A model generated the notes under the pieces. It ran no database searches. It was given only the letters and a program-made list of their open reading frames with translations, and had not been told where the DNA came from. Below are positions 19,819-29,124 of a stretch of DNA of 64,000 nucleotides, piece by piece. Position 1 is the first letter of the stretch; the number at the start of each line of letters is the position of its first letter. The stretch comes from Candidatus Nezhaarchaeales archaeon (lineage in GTDB: Archaea > Thermoproteota > Methanomethylicia > Nezhaarchaeales > WYZ-LMO8), in contig JAWAKK010000002.1 of assembly GCA_038887515.1 (NCBI GenBank), forward strand, positions 310,803-374,802, written 5' to 3'. A program made the position numbers and the translations under genes.

Positions 19819-21174
19819 ATGGTTAATGTTCGTAGCATAATAGAAGGCGCGGCTAAAGTAGTCCCAAGGGTTCAGAGGCCTGTAAGGAAAGTTGGTTTTG
19901 GGGAGAGGATCCTTTGGACTACCATAGCTCTTACAGTTTTCCTAGTAATGGGTCAGATACCTCTCTACGGTATACCAAGAGAGAGTCCATCTTTTCAGCA
20001 AACGATTTTCAACGTAATATTCGCTGCTAGGCGTGGTACCTTACTTGAACTAGGCATAGGTCCGATAGTTACTGCCGGATTAATAATGCAGATCCTAGTA
20101 GGTACGAAGATAGTAAGACTTGACTTAACTAATCCTCGTGACCGAGCACTTTTCACGAGCTCTCAAAAAGTCTTAACATTGATAGTCACAGCAATAGAGG
20201 CTGCTGCCTCGGCCTTAGCGTACAGGTTCGTTGGAAGTGCATTGACGCCGATTGTCGTATTCGTCCAGTTATTTGTTGCAACCATTCTGCTTATGCTTTT
20301 AGACGAACTCATAGACAAAGGTTGGGGTATAGGTAGCGGGATAAGTCTGTTCATTGCTGCCGGCGTAGCTCAACACATTTTTTGGTTCTGCTTCAGTCCC
20401 ATACCAGTTAGAGAGAATGGTGGACCCTTAGGCATATTCCCAGCTTTAATATCTTACGCTATGAATGGGAAGGATTTATGGAGCGTCGTGATAGGTAGCC
20501 CTGAGAATCCTTGGTTACCGACGCTTACGGGATTTATAGCAATGGTCGTTATGCTCGTATTAATAGTATACCTTGAGGGGATGAGGGTTGAAATCCCCAT
20601 AGTCTATTCAAAGTATGGAGGGTTTAGAGCTAAAACTCCTCTGAAGCTTCTATACGTGTCAAACATTCCAGTAATATTTTTCGGAGTCGTAGCTGCAAAT
20701 CTCCATATGCTCGCTAACTTAACTAATAACCCATTCATAATAGGTATAAGTAATGCCTTCACAGCACCACATGGAATACTTCAAGCACTTCAAAACCCTC
20801 TGCACACGTTAGCCTACATCTTGCTTATGTGCTCCATATGTGCCCTCCTGGCTCTGGCTTGGGTCGAGGCAGCTGGCATGTCTGCTAGGACCCAAGCGGA
20901 AAACATCATAAGGTCCGGACTTCAAATACCTGGATTTAGAAGTGCCCCATCAGTTATTGAGCAGTATCTAGCTAGATACATCCATACACTAACATGGGTT
21001 AGCGGCATAATAGTAGCATTAATAGCCGCTTTTGGCGACATACTTGGAGTCTTAGGGGGCGGCATAGGGATACTCTTATTGGTCGGCATCCTATATCAGT
21101 ACTACCAAATATTGGCTAGAGAAAGAGCCCTAGAGATGTATCCAATGTTAAAACAGTTCTTAGGAACTGAGTAG
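19819..21174 (+). CDS. secY: Preprotein translocase SecY
   Basis: GTLLELGIGPIVTAG, GIGSGISLFI, LLYVSNIP, IPGFR. Confidence 0.97.
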   Translation: MVNVRSIIEGAAKVVPRVQRPVRKVGFGERILWTTIALTVFLVMGQIPLYGIPRESPSFQQTIFNVIFAARRGTLLELGIGPIVTAGLIMQILVGTKIVRLDLTNPRDRALFTSSQKVLTLIVTAIEAAASALAYRFVGSALTPIVVFVQLFVATILLMLLDELIDKGWGIGSGISLFIAAGVAQHIFWFCFSPIPVRENGGPLGIFPALISYAMNGKDLWSVVIGSPENPWLPTLTGFIAMVVMLVLIVYLEGMRVEIPIVYSKYGGFRAKTPLKLLYVSNIPVIFFGVVAANLHMLANLTNNPFIIGISNAFTAPHGILQALQNPLHTLAYILLMCSICALLALAWVEAAGMSARTQAENIIRSGLQIPGFRSAPSVIEQYLARYIHTLTWVSGIIVALIAAFGDILGVLGGGIGILLLVGILYQYYQILARERALEMYPMLKQFLGTE

Positions 21175-21678
21175 GTGATGCATGTGGAGTGGTTTCAAGG
21201 TTTAACTGATTGGCTTAGGGGTGCTCTAGGCCCGTTTACAAGCCCGCCGCTAAGTACCGTTTTCGTAGTACTCATATCTTTAGCAGTCAGTCTAGTAGCT
21301 ACTGGAGCTCAAAGACTTATGCTTGATGTAAAGATAATCAGACAACATGCACAAGAACTAAGCAAGTGGAGGAAAGAGCTCCTTAAAGCACAGAGAGAAA
21401 GAGACATAAAGGCTATAGAGAAGCTAATGAAAAAGAAGCCTTATATAGATAAACTCCAAGCAAGGTATACCGTGCAAACGATGAAGCCTGCGATCATTTA
21501 CATGGTCCCACTGTTCATTCTTTATTGGCTCTTCATAGGGGTATTTGACAAACCGGTCGTCTACTTACCCCTTATAGGGACGCCAGTACCTTTCTGGATC
21601 TGGTACTTTATTACTTACAGCGGGTTTTATCCTATCCTACAGAGAGCTTTAAATGTAGATTTTCAATCCTCCGACTGA
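21175..21678 (+). CDS. DUF106/EMC3-TMCO1 family membrane insertase
   Basis: TM-coiled coil-TM topology, MKP, WYF; conserved position after secY. Confidence 0.82.
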   Translation: MMHVEWFQGLTDWLRGALGPFTSPPLSTVFVVLISLAVSLVATGAQRLMLDVKIIRQHAQELSKWRKELLKAQRERDIKAIEKLMKKKPYIDKLQARYTVQTMKPAIIYMVPLFILYWLFIGVFDKPVVYLPLIGTPVPFWIWYFITYSGFYPILQRALNVDFQSSD

Positions 21679-21679
21679 G

Positions 21680-21967
21680 GTGGTTACTGTGGTAAGACCA
21701 GGACTCAGGGGGAAACCTCATAAGCTCGTTAGAACTCCAGGTGGAAGACTTGTGCGAAGACCAGTCGAACCCAAGAAAAAAGAAGCTAAGTGCGCATGGT
21801 GTCACGAAGAGCTCCATGGAGCTCCAGCTTTATCAAAGACAAATATAAAAAAGTTGCCGAAAAGCAGTAGGAGACCTGAAAGACCCTATGGCGGCTACAT
21901 ATGTCCAAGGTGCTTAAAGATGGGGCTTATTAGATCGGTGATTAAATCCGCTTCAATATCGACATAG
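21680..21967 (+). CDS. rpl34e: 50S ribosomal protein eL34
   Basis: RTPGGR, CxxC, RPERPYGGYIC. Confidence 0.95.
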   Translation: MVTVVRPGLRGKPHKLVRTPGGRLVRRPVEPKKKEAKCAWCHEELHGAPALSKTNIKKLPKSSRRPERPYGGYICPRCLKMGLIRSVIKSASIST

Positions 21968-22042
21968 TGCTATGTAAAGTTCATGACATAAAAAGCTGAA
22001 GTCAGCAGAGTTTATAAATGAACTAGCTAAGCTAAAGAGTTT

Positions 22043-22591
22043 ATGAAGCTCGTGATAGCTATAAGTGGCAAACCCGGTGCCGGTAAAACAACTTTTGCGA
22101 AGGAAATAGCATACTTGTTTGACCTGAGGTACGTATCCTCCGGAATGTTATTTAGACGCTTAGCTGAGGAGAGGGGGGTTAGCTTAGTAGATTTCCATAA
22201 ACTTGCAGAAAAGGAACTAGAAATAGACAGGACGATTGACAATAAAGCAATAGAGGAAGCTCGAAGAGGAAATGTAGTCGTTGAGGGACATCTTGCTGGC
22301 TGGATTTTACATGATTTAGCGGACCTTAAAATATTCTTCACCGCACCACTAGAAGTCAGGGCTATGAGGGTTGCAGCTAGAGACTGCATACCTTATGAGG
22401 AGGCTCTAAAAGAGCTTAAGCTTAGAGAGGAGAGCAACAAGCTTAGAGCTAAAGTAGTGTATGGCTTCGATTTAGAAGACCTCTCGATCTTTGACGTGAT
22501 CTTTAATACGAATAGGCTGAGTAAGGAAGTTATATCCGAAACATTAAAAACCCTAATCTCAAAGTTCATAGAGCACCGGGCTACAGGGTGA
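22043..22591 (+). CDS. cmk: Cytidylate kinase
   Basis: ISGKPGAGKTT, SSG.LFR, VVEGHLAGW; between L34e and L14e. Confidence 0.92.
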   Translation: MKLVIAISGKPGAGKTTFAKEIAYLFDLRYVSSGMLFRRLAEERGVSLVDFHKLAEKELEIDRTIDNKAIEEARRGNVVVEGHLAGWILHDLADLKIFFTAPLEVRAMRVAARDCIPYEEALKELKLREESNKLRAKVVYGFDLEDLSIFDVIFNTNRLSKEVISETLKTLISKFIEHRATG

Positions 22592-22597
22592 TAAGAA

Positions 22598-22882
22598 GTG
22601 CCGGCTATAGAAATAGGTAGGATATGTGTTAAGAATGCTGGCAGGTTCGCTGGAAGGAAGTGCGTCATAATCGACGTAATTGATGAAAACTTTGTCCTAG
22701 TGACAGGACCAAAGGAACTAACAGGTATCAAGAGGAAGAGGTGCAACATTAAACATTTAGTGCCAACGCACGAGAAAATAGAGGTAACAAAGGGAGCTAG
22801 TGACGAAGAGGTGAAGGCAGCCCTCGAAAAAGCTGGTAAAGTAGAGTTTATGAAAGAAAAAGTCTCCCCGATAACTCCATAA
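22598..22882 (+). CDS. rpl14e: 50S ribosomal protein eL14
   Basis: [31 protein letters not shown]. Confidence 0.96.
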   Translation: MPAIEIGRICVKNAGRFAGRKCVIIDVIDENFVLVTGPKELTGIKRKRCNIKHLVPTHEKIEVTKGASDEEVKAALEKAGKVEFMKEKVSPITP

Positions 22883-22907
22883 ACTCCTTCTTTCAATACA
22901 TTTTCTG

Positions 22908-23912
22908 GTGAAGCAAGTGGGTGTACTTATTAAAGCTGAGGATACCACCGACTATAGTTATGGTTGCCCTCCAGACCTTAGACCTATCGAGCTTCACATA
23001 GATTTGGGCATAATAAACCTTGACAAGCCTTCAGGCCCTACAAGTCATGAGGTTACATCATGGGTTAAGAAGCTCATCGGTGTTGATAAAGCCGGACATG
23101 GTGGAACCCTAGAGCCCACATAAGGGCGGGGAAATCCGAGAGTTACAGGCGTATTACCTATTGCTCTAGGTAGAGCACGAAAGATCCTTCGATACATTGT
23201 TCACTCAGACAAAACCTACGTCTGTGTGATGGCTCTTCACGGGGTGGTCTCTGAAGACAAAATAAGAGAGGTGTGCGAGGAGTTCGTGGGGCCGATATAT
23301 CAGAGACCGCCGCTCAAGGCTTCGGTTGAAAGGAGGTTGAGAATTAGGAGGGTATATTCAATAGATGTGCATGAAGTCGTTGGCAAGCTAGTGCTAATGA
23401 CTGTACGCTGCGAGGCTGGAACGTACATACGGAAGTTGTGCCACGATATAGGCGAAGTCCTTGGCGTAGGAGCTCACATGGCCGAGCTTCGAAGGATACA
23501 GACGGGCCCCTTCACTGAAAATGAGAATTTAGTGACCATGCACGAGCTTCATGAAGCAGTAATAGCATGGAGGGAGTACAACAATGGGGGGCTCCTTAGA
23601 AAAGTTGTTTTGCCAGTAGAGTACACTGTGAGGAATATGCCAAAGATCTATATAAGGGATTCAGCCGTTGACGCTATATGTCACGGTGCACCTTTAGCCG
23701 CCCCGGGTGTAGTTCATCTTACGGACGATATTGTGAAAGATAAGCATGTAGCAATAATGACTCTAAAGGGTGAGCTTGTTGCTATAGCAAAAGCACTTAT
23801 GAGTTCGAACGAAATAATGGAGGTAGAAAAAGGGATCGTAGCAAAACCGATACGAGTAATAATGAAGCCAGGAATATACCCTAAGCAGTGGGGAAACACT
23901 AGGCTTGTATAG
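22908..23912 (+). CDS. cbf5: H/ACA pseudouridine synthase Cbf5; two exons (22908-23112, 23134-23912) with a 21-nt BHB intron
   Basis: LDKPSGPTSHEV, GHGGTL|DP restored by removing 23113-23133; GTYIRKLCHD, PUA domain. Confidence 0.93.
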
Positions 23913-23953
23913 AAAGGATAATTAAAGAGGGGGAAACCATCATTATAATCAGA

Positions 23954-24057
23954 GCCGGGATACCCTAGTGGTAGGGGGCAGGCCTGGAGGGGCTTTAAGC
24001 CCCATTGAGCCTGTGGCCCTCTGGGCCGCGCGGGTTCGAATCCCGCTCCCGGCGCCA
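23954..24057 (+). tRNA. tRNA-Ser(GGA) with 18-nt intron at 37/38 (23990-24007), CCA encoded
   Basis: GCCGGGA/TCCCGGC acceptor, CAGGC-CTGGAG..A-GCCTG, long variable arm. Confidence 0.93.
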
Positions 24058-24136
24058 GTAACCTGTTTTTCGAAGCTTTTCTCCGAAACCCCTTTTCTTG
24101 AGCACTAGTCCCTTAGTAAGGGGGCCCTTTAGGTCT

Positions 24137-25387
24137 CTAGACCTTTATTTCATATACTTTCTTCATTTTTTCAAGATTGACAACGCTTTCAAGATTCCCT
24201 CTCTTTATGACTCTAAAAGCATGCTCTATCAAAATCTTATAAAATTCGCAGTTTGGGCTTTTGCTGAAGAGAGAGCCCTTTTCAGCATAAACCTCTGCGG
24301 GGCATGGACTACCACATATATTCCTATAAACACAGTCTTTGCATTCCTCAATTCTCTCCACAATCCTTTCCCTAACAATTCTAAAACTCTCCCTCAACCT
24401 TTCAGGGTTGTTTACAACATGTAATGGGCTCCTAAATTCCTCCATCCCGATAAATTCGCTGCACGGAAAAACTCCATCAGGAGTTATAGCGAAAAATCTT
24501 CTCCCACCACCACATGGTGAAATATCGCACTGCAAAACTCTTGAATAAGGAGCAACGATGCCTAGAACTATGTTCGCAAAGTCACCTATAACGATTCTTT
24601 TACCGCTTTTTGTGTATTCTATTGCTTTTTCAACAGCCTTCACGAATTCGATTGCAGCCTCTTTTGGATCAGCTCTAAGGTTTCTCCCTCCCTCGCTCGT
24701 CCCCCTCACGGGGTTCATTAAAACAAGTCTCACTTTTCCAGCGAGAAAATCTATGAGGTCACTTAGCTGTGAGTAGTTAAGCCTCGTAATCGTGGTAATC
24801 GTATAAAATTCTTTATAGCCTTTAAACCACTCAAGGATCTTGCAGATCTTATCGAAGTGACCTCTCCCTCTTAAATAATCTTCTATCTCTCTTGAAGGAG
24901 AGTCAAATGAGACCCCAACGTTAACCTTTTTCTCCTTGAAGAAATCAGCGTCTTCTTCCTCCATTAAAAAACCATTCGTTTGAATCCCAAACTTCATTTG
25001 TTTGTGGTCGTCTATGATTTCGTATAATTGTTTTTTCATCAGTAAGGGTTCTACCCCATGAAAAACAACATTTCTGATTCCTAGCTCCTCAAACTTCTTC
25101 AGTAATGATCTTAAGTCCTCAGAACTGAACTCCCTCCTCCTCTTTCTCACCCTCTCTGGGATGTAGCAGTAAGGACAGTTTGTATTACATCTTTCTGTTA
25201 TATTCACGTAAACCGTGTTAAAATCGACTTCGAACCTATATCTCTCCATTTTTAACTTAAGCTCTCTGCCGATTTTCTCGTATAATTTAAGCGCGTTTTC
25301 AGGCATTTCAGAGTCATAAATGACCCAGAAGTTTGTTTCAGGATCTATCAGCACCTTAAAGTCATCAATGACTTGTACTCTGCTCAT
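24137..25387 (-). CDS. cbpB: Peptide-modifying radical SAM/SPASM maturase, CbpB-like
   Basis: TERCNTNCPYCYIPE, FHGVEP, DISPCGGGRRFFA, FPCSEF, CKDC...CGSPCPAE; adjacent peptide gene. Confidence 0.78.
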   Translation of the reverse strand: MSRVQVIDDFKVLIDPETNFWVIYDSEMPENALKLYEKIGRELKLKMERYRFEVDFNTVYVNITERCNTNCPYCYIPERVRKRRREFSSEDLRSLLKKFEELGIRNVVFHGVEPLLMKKQLYEIIDDHKQMKFGIQTNGFLMEEEDADFFKEKKVNVGVSFDSPSREIEDYLRGRGHFDKICKILEWFKGYKEFYTITTITRLNYSQLSDLIDFLAGKVRLVLMNPVRGTSEGGRNLRADPKEAAIEFVKAVEKAIEYTKSGKRIVIGDFANIVLGIVAPYSRVLQCDISPCGGGRRFFAITPDGVFPCSEFIGMEEFRSPLHVVNNPERLRESFRIVRERIVERIEECKDCVYRNICGSPCPAEVYAEKGSLFSKSPNCEFYKILIEHAFRVIKRGNLESVVNLEKMKKVYEIKV

Positions 25388-25416
25388 AACAACACCCAAA
25401 AATAAAAATGAGAGGA

Positions 25417-25530
25417 TTAAAATGGAGAGTCATCGGCCATTATGTAATGCGTTAATCCCCCACCTACCTCGCATTCAAACTGGAACGTTAACTCCATCTT
25501 CTCCTTCCTCCTTTTGGATGGATTATTCAT
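25417..25530 (-). CDS. cbpA: 37-aa RiPP precursor peptide, CbpA-like (MNNPSKRRKEKMELTFQFECEVGGGLTHYIMADDSPF)
   Basis: Below the ORF-track cutoff; ends 29 nt upstream of the maturase; C-x-x-x-G-GL-T-HYI-M matches the remembered CbpA C..GTGLSHYIL core. Confidence 0.75.
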   Translation of the reverse strand: MNNPSKRRKEKMELTFQFECEVGGGLTHYIMADDSPF

Positions 25531-25968
25531 CCATATCATTTATCCTTAGTATTTAAGCCTTTTCGTAAAAGAACTCAAAAGAGGTGTAAACTCATTAAAA
25601 AGGTTTGTAGCTTTTGATTCCTGATCGTGGATTGCATGAGTTTTATAAAGTCTATGGGAGATGGGCATTTTATGTGTTACTTATGCCTAGGGGATCATTA
25701 TGATTTTTAGTACATTCATTTCCCCGGAGACCGCCACATAATTTGTGCTTTCTAAATCTAGCACCGCAACATTTTGTGCTAACTGAAATCCAAAGTAAAG
25801 TCATGGGGACAGGTTTTTAGCATCGAGTTTTGTGCGAATTTCGGCAAAGCCCGTTCTATCGAGTACACCTTGCAAACAAGCTAAAAATTTAAGATTAAAA
25901 TCGAATATGTGAAGTGATTATTTGGTTTAAGCATTAAAGTTATGATGGTTGTAGCGTGGTGAGACATA

Positions 25969-26842
25969 ATTAGTACCGATGTCGTTATTGTAGGCAGTGG
26001 TGCTGGAGGCAGTATAGTATCTTACGACCTTGTTAATAGAGGGCTTAAGGTGATGCTGGTGAGGAGATAGCCCCGAAAAGGCTAGAGAAGGCTATCGCCC
26101 TGTACTATCGTCAATTGAAGTTCAGAGGTGCATGTGCATAGGTGGGATAACGCTCGTCTCTCTAGGAAACATTTCCATTACTGATGGTATAATTGAGAGG
26201 TTCAGAGAGCTTGGCATCGACTTGAAGAGGGAGGAGACGAAGTTTGTAGGTTAATGCGGGTTGCCGAAGTTCCACGAAGTAAATTACCGCCATTCACCAT
26301 GAAGTTCGTAGAGGCTGCTGAGAAGTTGGGAGTAAAAGCAAGACCGATGCCTAAGTCGGTTGACTTCAATAAGTGCATTGGTTGCGGCAAGTGCGCTTAC
26401 GGTTGTACCAAAGGGTGCGAAGCTCACAACTCTAGACCTCATTAGGAAAAACTTACAGCAAGGATTGACGTTGCCACGTAGATTCAAGGTGGAAAAGCTA
26501 TATCGACAGCATGGAGGGTTGGTCGTGGAAGGTTTTGCGAGTGGAAGTATGGTAAAGGTCAAGTGTAAAGCTCTAGTCTTGGCTGCTGCTCTTGAAACTC
26601 CAAGACTTTTAACTCAAATCGACGATGAAAACATTAGGAAAAAACCTCTTCATTGATCCTTTTGTAGCCATAGGCAGACCCTACAATGGGCCCTCCGCAA
26701 GCGATGGAATTCAGATGCCCGCCTACATTGATTGCCACGACTTCCTACTTTCTCCTCATTACTCGGGTCTTCTACAGTTTCAGCTGATTGCAAGGAGCGT
26801 AGATTGCAAAGGTAGAGGAATCGCCTCTGTAATGGTCAAGGT
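25969..26842 (+). pseudogene. Degraded paralog of the GMC-type oxidoreductase at 29125
   Basis: DVVIVGSGAGGSIVS, KSVDFNKCIGCGKCAYGC, ALETPRLL, LFIDPF spread over several frames with stops; truncated at MVKV. Confidence 0.85.
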
Positions 26843-27037
26843 GGTAGAATCATTGCAAGGGGATTTGTGAGCGCCATTGTCTACTTATCATTCCTACTCA
26901 TTCTTAGCGCTATTTCTCCGCAAGCTCTAGCCATACTACCCCTAGGCCTGCTCTTTACTTTAATATTCGTGATTATAGGAGTCTACGAAACTTACAGAAA
27001 GAGGAGTTTAGCTAGGGAGTTGAAGGAGGGTTCTTAG
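26843..27037 (+). pseudogene. 3' fragment of a paralog of the HTH-membrane gene at 33598
   Basis: GRIIARGFVSAIVYLSFLL...IGVYETYR aligns with GNRILPRGFISAIAYLAFLL...IGIYETYR. Confidence 0.8.
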
Positions 27038-27201
27038 GAGGGTAACTCGAAGACGAGAAAGCAACCTAATTTTCACGGTCGTCATTTAAAGCTTTAGAGA
27101 AAACTCGTTGAGCATGATAACTCTCACTTACTAGCTCCTTATCTACCTAAGAAAAGTTTTAAACTCGTTCTCGTTTAAGTCGATGCGCTTGAAGAGATCG
27201 A

Positions 27202-27253
27202 GCCCCGGTAGCTCAGTCTGGTTAGAGCACTGCCTTGGTATACCGAACAAAGA
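27202..27253 (+). pseudogene. tRNA-Thr(GGT) 5' half plus intron-like sequence, no 3' half
   Basis: 27202-27240 identical to 34257-34295; TACCGAACAAAGA vs TATCAAACAAAGA; then diverges. Confidence 0.85.
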
Positions 27254-27705
27254 AACTCCTTCCCTTTTTAATCTAGAAGTAATGAGCTTACTACGAGAGA
27301 GCAAGATCTACCATTATGAAGAGAGGCCTGAGCCTTACAGGCGGATTATAGCTGGATTCTGTCACAATGGTGACCACTTGACTGGCTCGAGTCTCCCAGT
27401 TGACAGGTTGAGTAGTATATGCTGAGGAAGCCTGTTTCAAAGGTGAAAAGGAAAGCTTATAATACCCAACTTCTTTGAAGTCGGAGAGAATGAAAATGAT
27501 TAAGGTGTATATAATCATGTTTACTCTTGCAAATACCCCCGAGATCATTCGTAGGATACATAGTGTCCCACTTCTCGAATATTAGTAAGCATTTCATCCA
27601 GCAAGTGAAGCCATTAAACGTCTCTTCGACATATAAGAGGGGCTTTAAGGTGCACTTACGTTAAAATACAAGGCTGATAAAGTGAATTAACCTGAGGAGG
27701 GTTTA

Positions 27706-28236
27706 GTGTTGAAATATCGTGCACTCTTTATTGGTAGATTTCAACCTTTTCATAATGGACATTTACATTCCATCAACCACATCCTCGAGGAGTTTGATGA
27801 AGTGGTAGTTATTATTGCAGCAGCTCAGTACAGCTTTACGACGGATAATCCTTTTACAGCTGGCGAAAGAATAGAAATGATACGTGCAGGTCTCGGTAAT
27901 GTTTATGAAAGAGTTTACATAGTTCCAGTTGACAACATACCAAGCAATTACGAATGGCCGAGACACGTTCTCTCATACTCCCCAAGAATTCACGTAGTTT
28001 ACAGCAACAATGAGTTCGTCAGACTTTTGTTTAAGAACTACGGGATTGAGACCCGAGAGACTCCTCTTCTGCCTGGTGTTAGTGGATCTATTGTTAGAAG
28101 GTTCATGGTTGAAGATGGTGAATGGGAGCGGCTAGTGCCGGTTGGTACGGCTGAAGTGATAAAGGAGGTTAAAGGTGTTGAAAGGTTAAAGCTTCTCTGG
28201 AAACTCTCACCTAAAATAGCTGGCGAGAGATATTAG
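27706..28236 (+). CDS. nadM: Nicotinamide-nucleotide adenylyltransferase
   Basis: GRFQPFHNGH, NPFTAGERI, SGS.VR. Confidence 0.93.
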   Translation: MLKYRALFIGRFQPFHNGHLHSINHILEEFDEVVVIIAAAQYSFTTDNPFTAGERIEMIRAGLGNVYERVYIVPVDNIPSNYEWPRHVLSYSPRIHVVYSNNEFVRLLFKNYGIETRETPLLPGVSGSIVRRFMVEDGEWERLVPVGTAEVIKEVKGVERLKLLWKLSPKIAGERY

Positions 28237-28368
28237 GTTCTAAACTACTCAATCTGATCTTGTATAACGCTCCTAAACAGCTTCCTCCCCACTAGGGGTT
28301 GTGTTGATAGGCTGGGACCTCAAAGAAAGGCTATTTATTCTGCCCTTTACGATAACAATAAGTGTGAG

Positions 28369-28980
28369 TTGCCTTTGGCTAATAACGTGGAAAAGATGCA
28401 AGATAACAAGTCTATGCCTAATATCGTTTCGATTAAGCTTATTATATTATGCTCAGTCGTATTTGGTTTAGGTTTAGTCCTAGGCCACTTTCTTGTACCA
28501 TCCTTAACAGGTACAGAAATCGTGGAAGAACTTACTGAGTACTTTCGTCCTCTAGTAGAATTTCCTCCACATGTATTTGTCCTCTTAATATTTGCTAATA
28601 ATTTCTTCAAAACTCTAATTCTGGGTCTTATTCTTGGGATTCTTATAGCCATCCCACCTATGATTTTTGCTTTTCTTAATGGCCTAATCATCGGACTAGT
28701 AAGCTCTATGGTTGCTGAAAGAAGTGGGGCGCTGTTTGTGCTTTTAGGCATCTTGCCGCATGGAATCCTAGAGATACCAGCGCTCTTAATAAGCTGTGCT
28801 TTGGGCGTTAAAGTTGGCTTAACAGTTTACGACAATATCAGGAATGGGGGCTTTGGCGTTGGAATTGTAATTAGAAAATTTGTTAAAACTTACTTAAAAG
28901 TAGTTGTTCCATTACTACTAGTAGCAGCTATAGTCGAGACTTACGTAACCCCTCTTCTGCTACACTTTATACATCAATAG
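28369..28980 (+). CDS. SpoIIM/DUF95 family membrane protein
   Basis: IFANN, NGLIIG, ILPHGILEIPA, AAIVETYVTP. Confidence 0.88.
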   Translation: MPLANNVEKMQDNKSMPNIVSIKLIILCSVVFGLGLVLGHFLVPSLTGTEIVEELTEYFRPLVEFPPHVFVLLIFANNFFKTLILGLILGILIAIPPMIFAFLNGLIIGLVSSMVAERSGALFVLLGILPHGILEIPALLISCALGVKVGLTVYDNIRNGGFGVGIVIRKFVKTYLKVVVPLLLVAAIVETYVTPLLLHFIHQ

Positions 28981-29124
28981 TACGCAATCCAACAAGAGTT
29001 AGACTAGTAAGAGTCGTGCGATTATTAGCTTACTTAGAGGCTTCAGTCAAGTTAAAGTTAAAAATATCAATTATGATCTTAAAGACTGTCAGGCTCAAGA
29101 ATCACCATAAATGCGTGATGGATT

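Noticed and set aside
22908-23912. cbf5 pseudogene or stop read-through
   Set aside because: Fully explained by a 21-nt intron at the known site
25680-25870. Cobalamin riboswitch upstream of the cbpA-like gene
   Set aside because: Core GGGAA/GCCACTG elements not found on either strand
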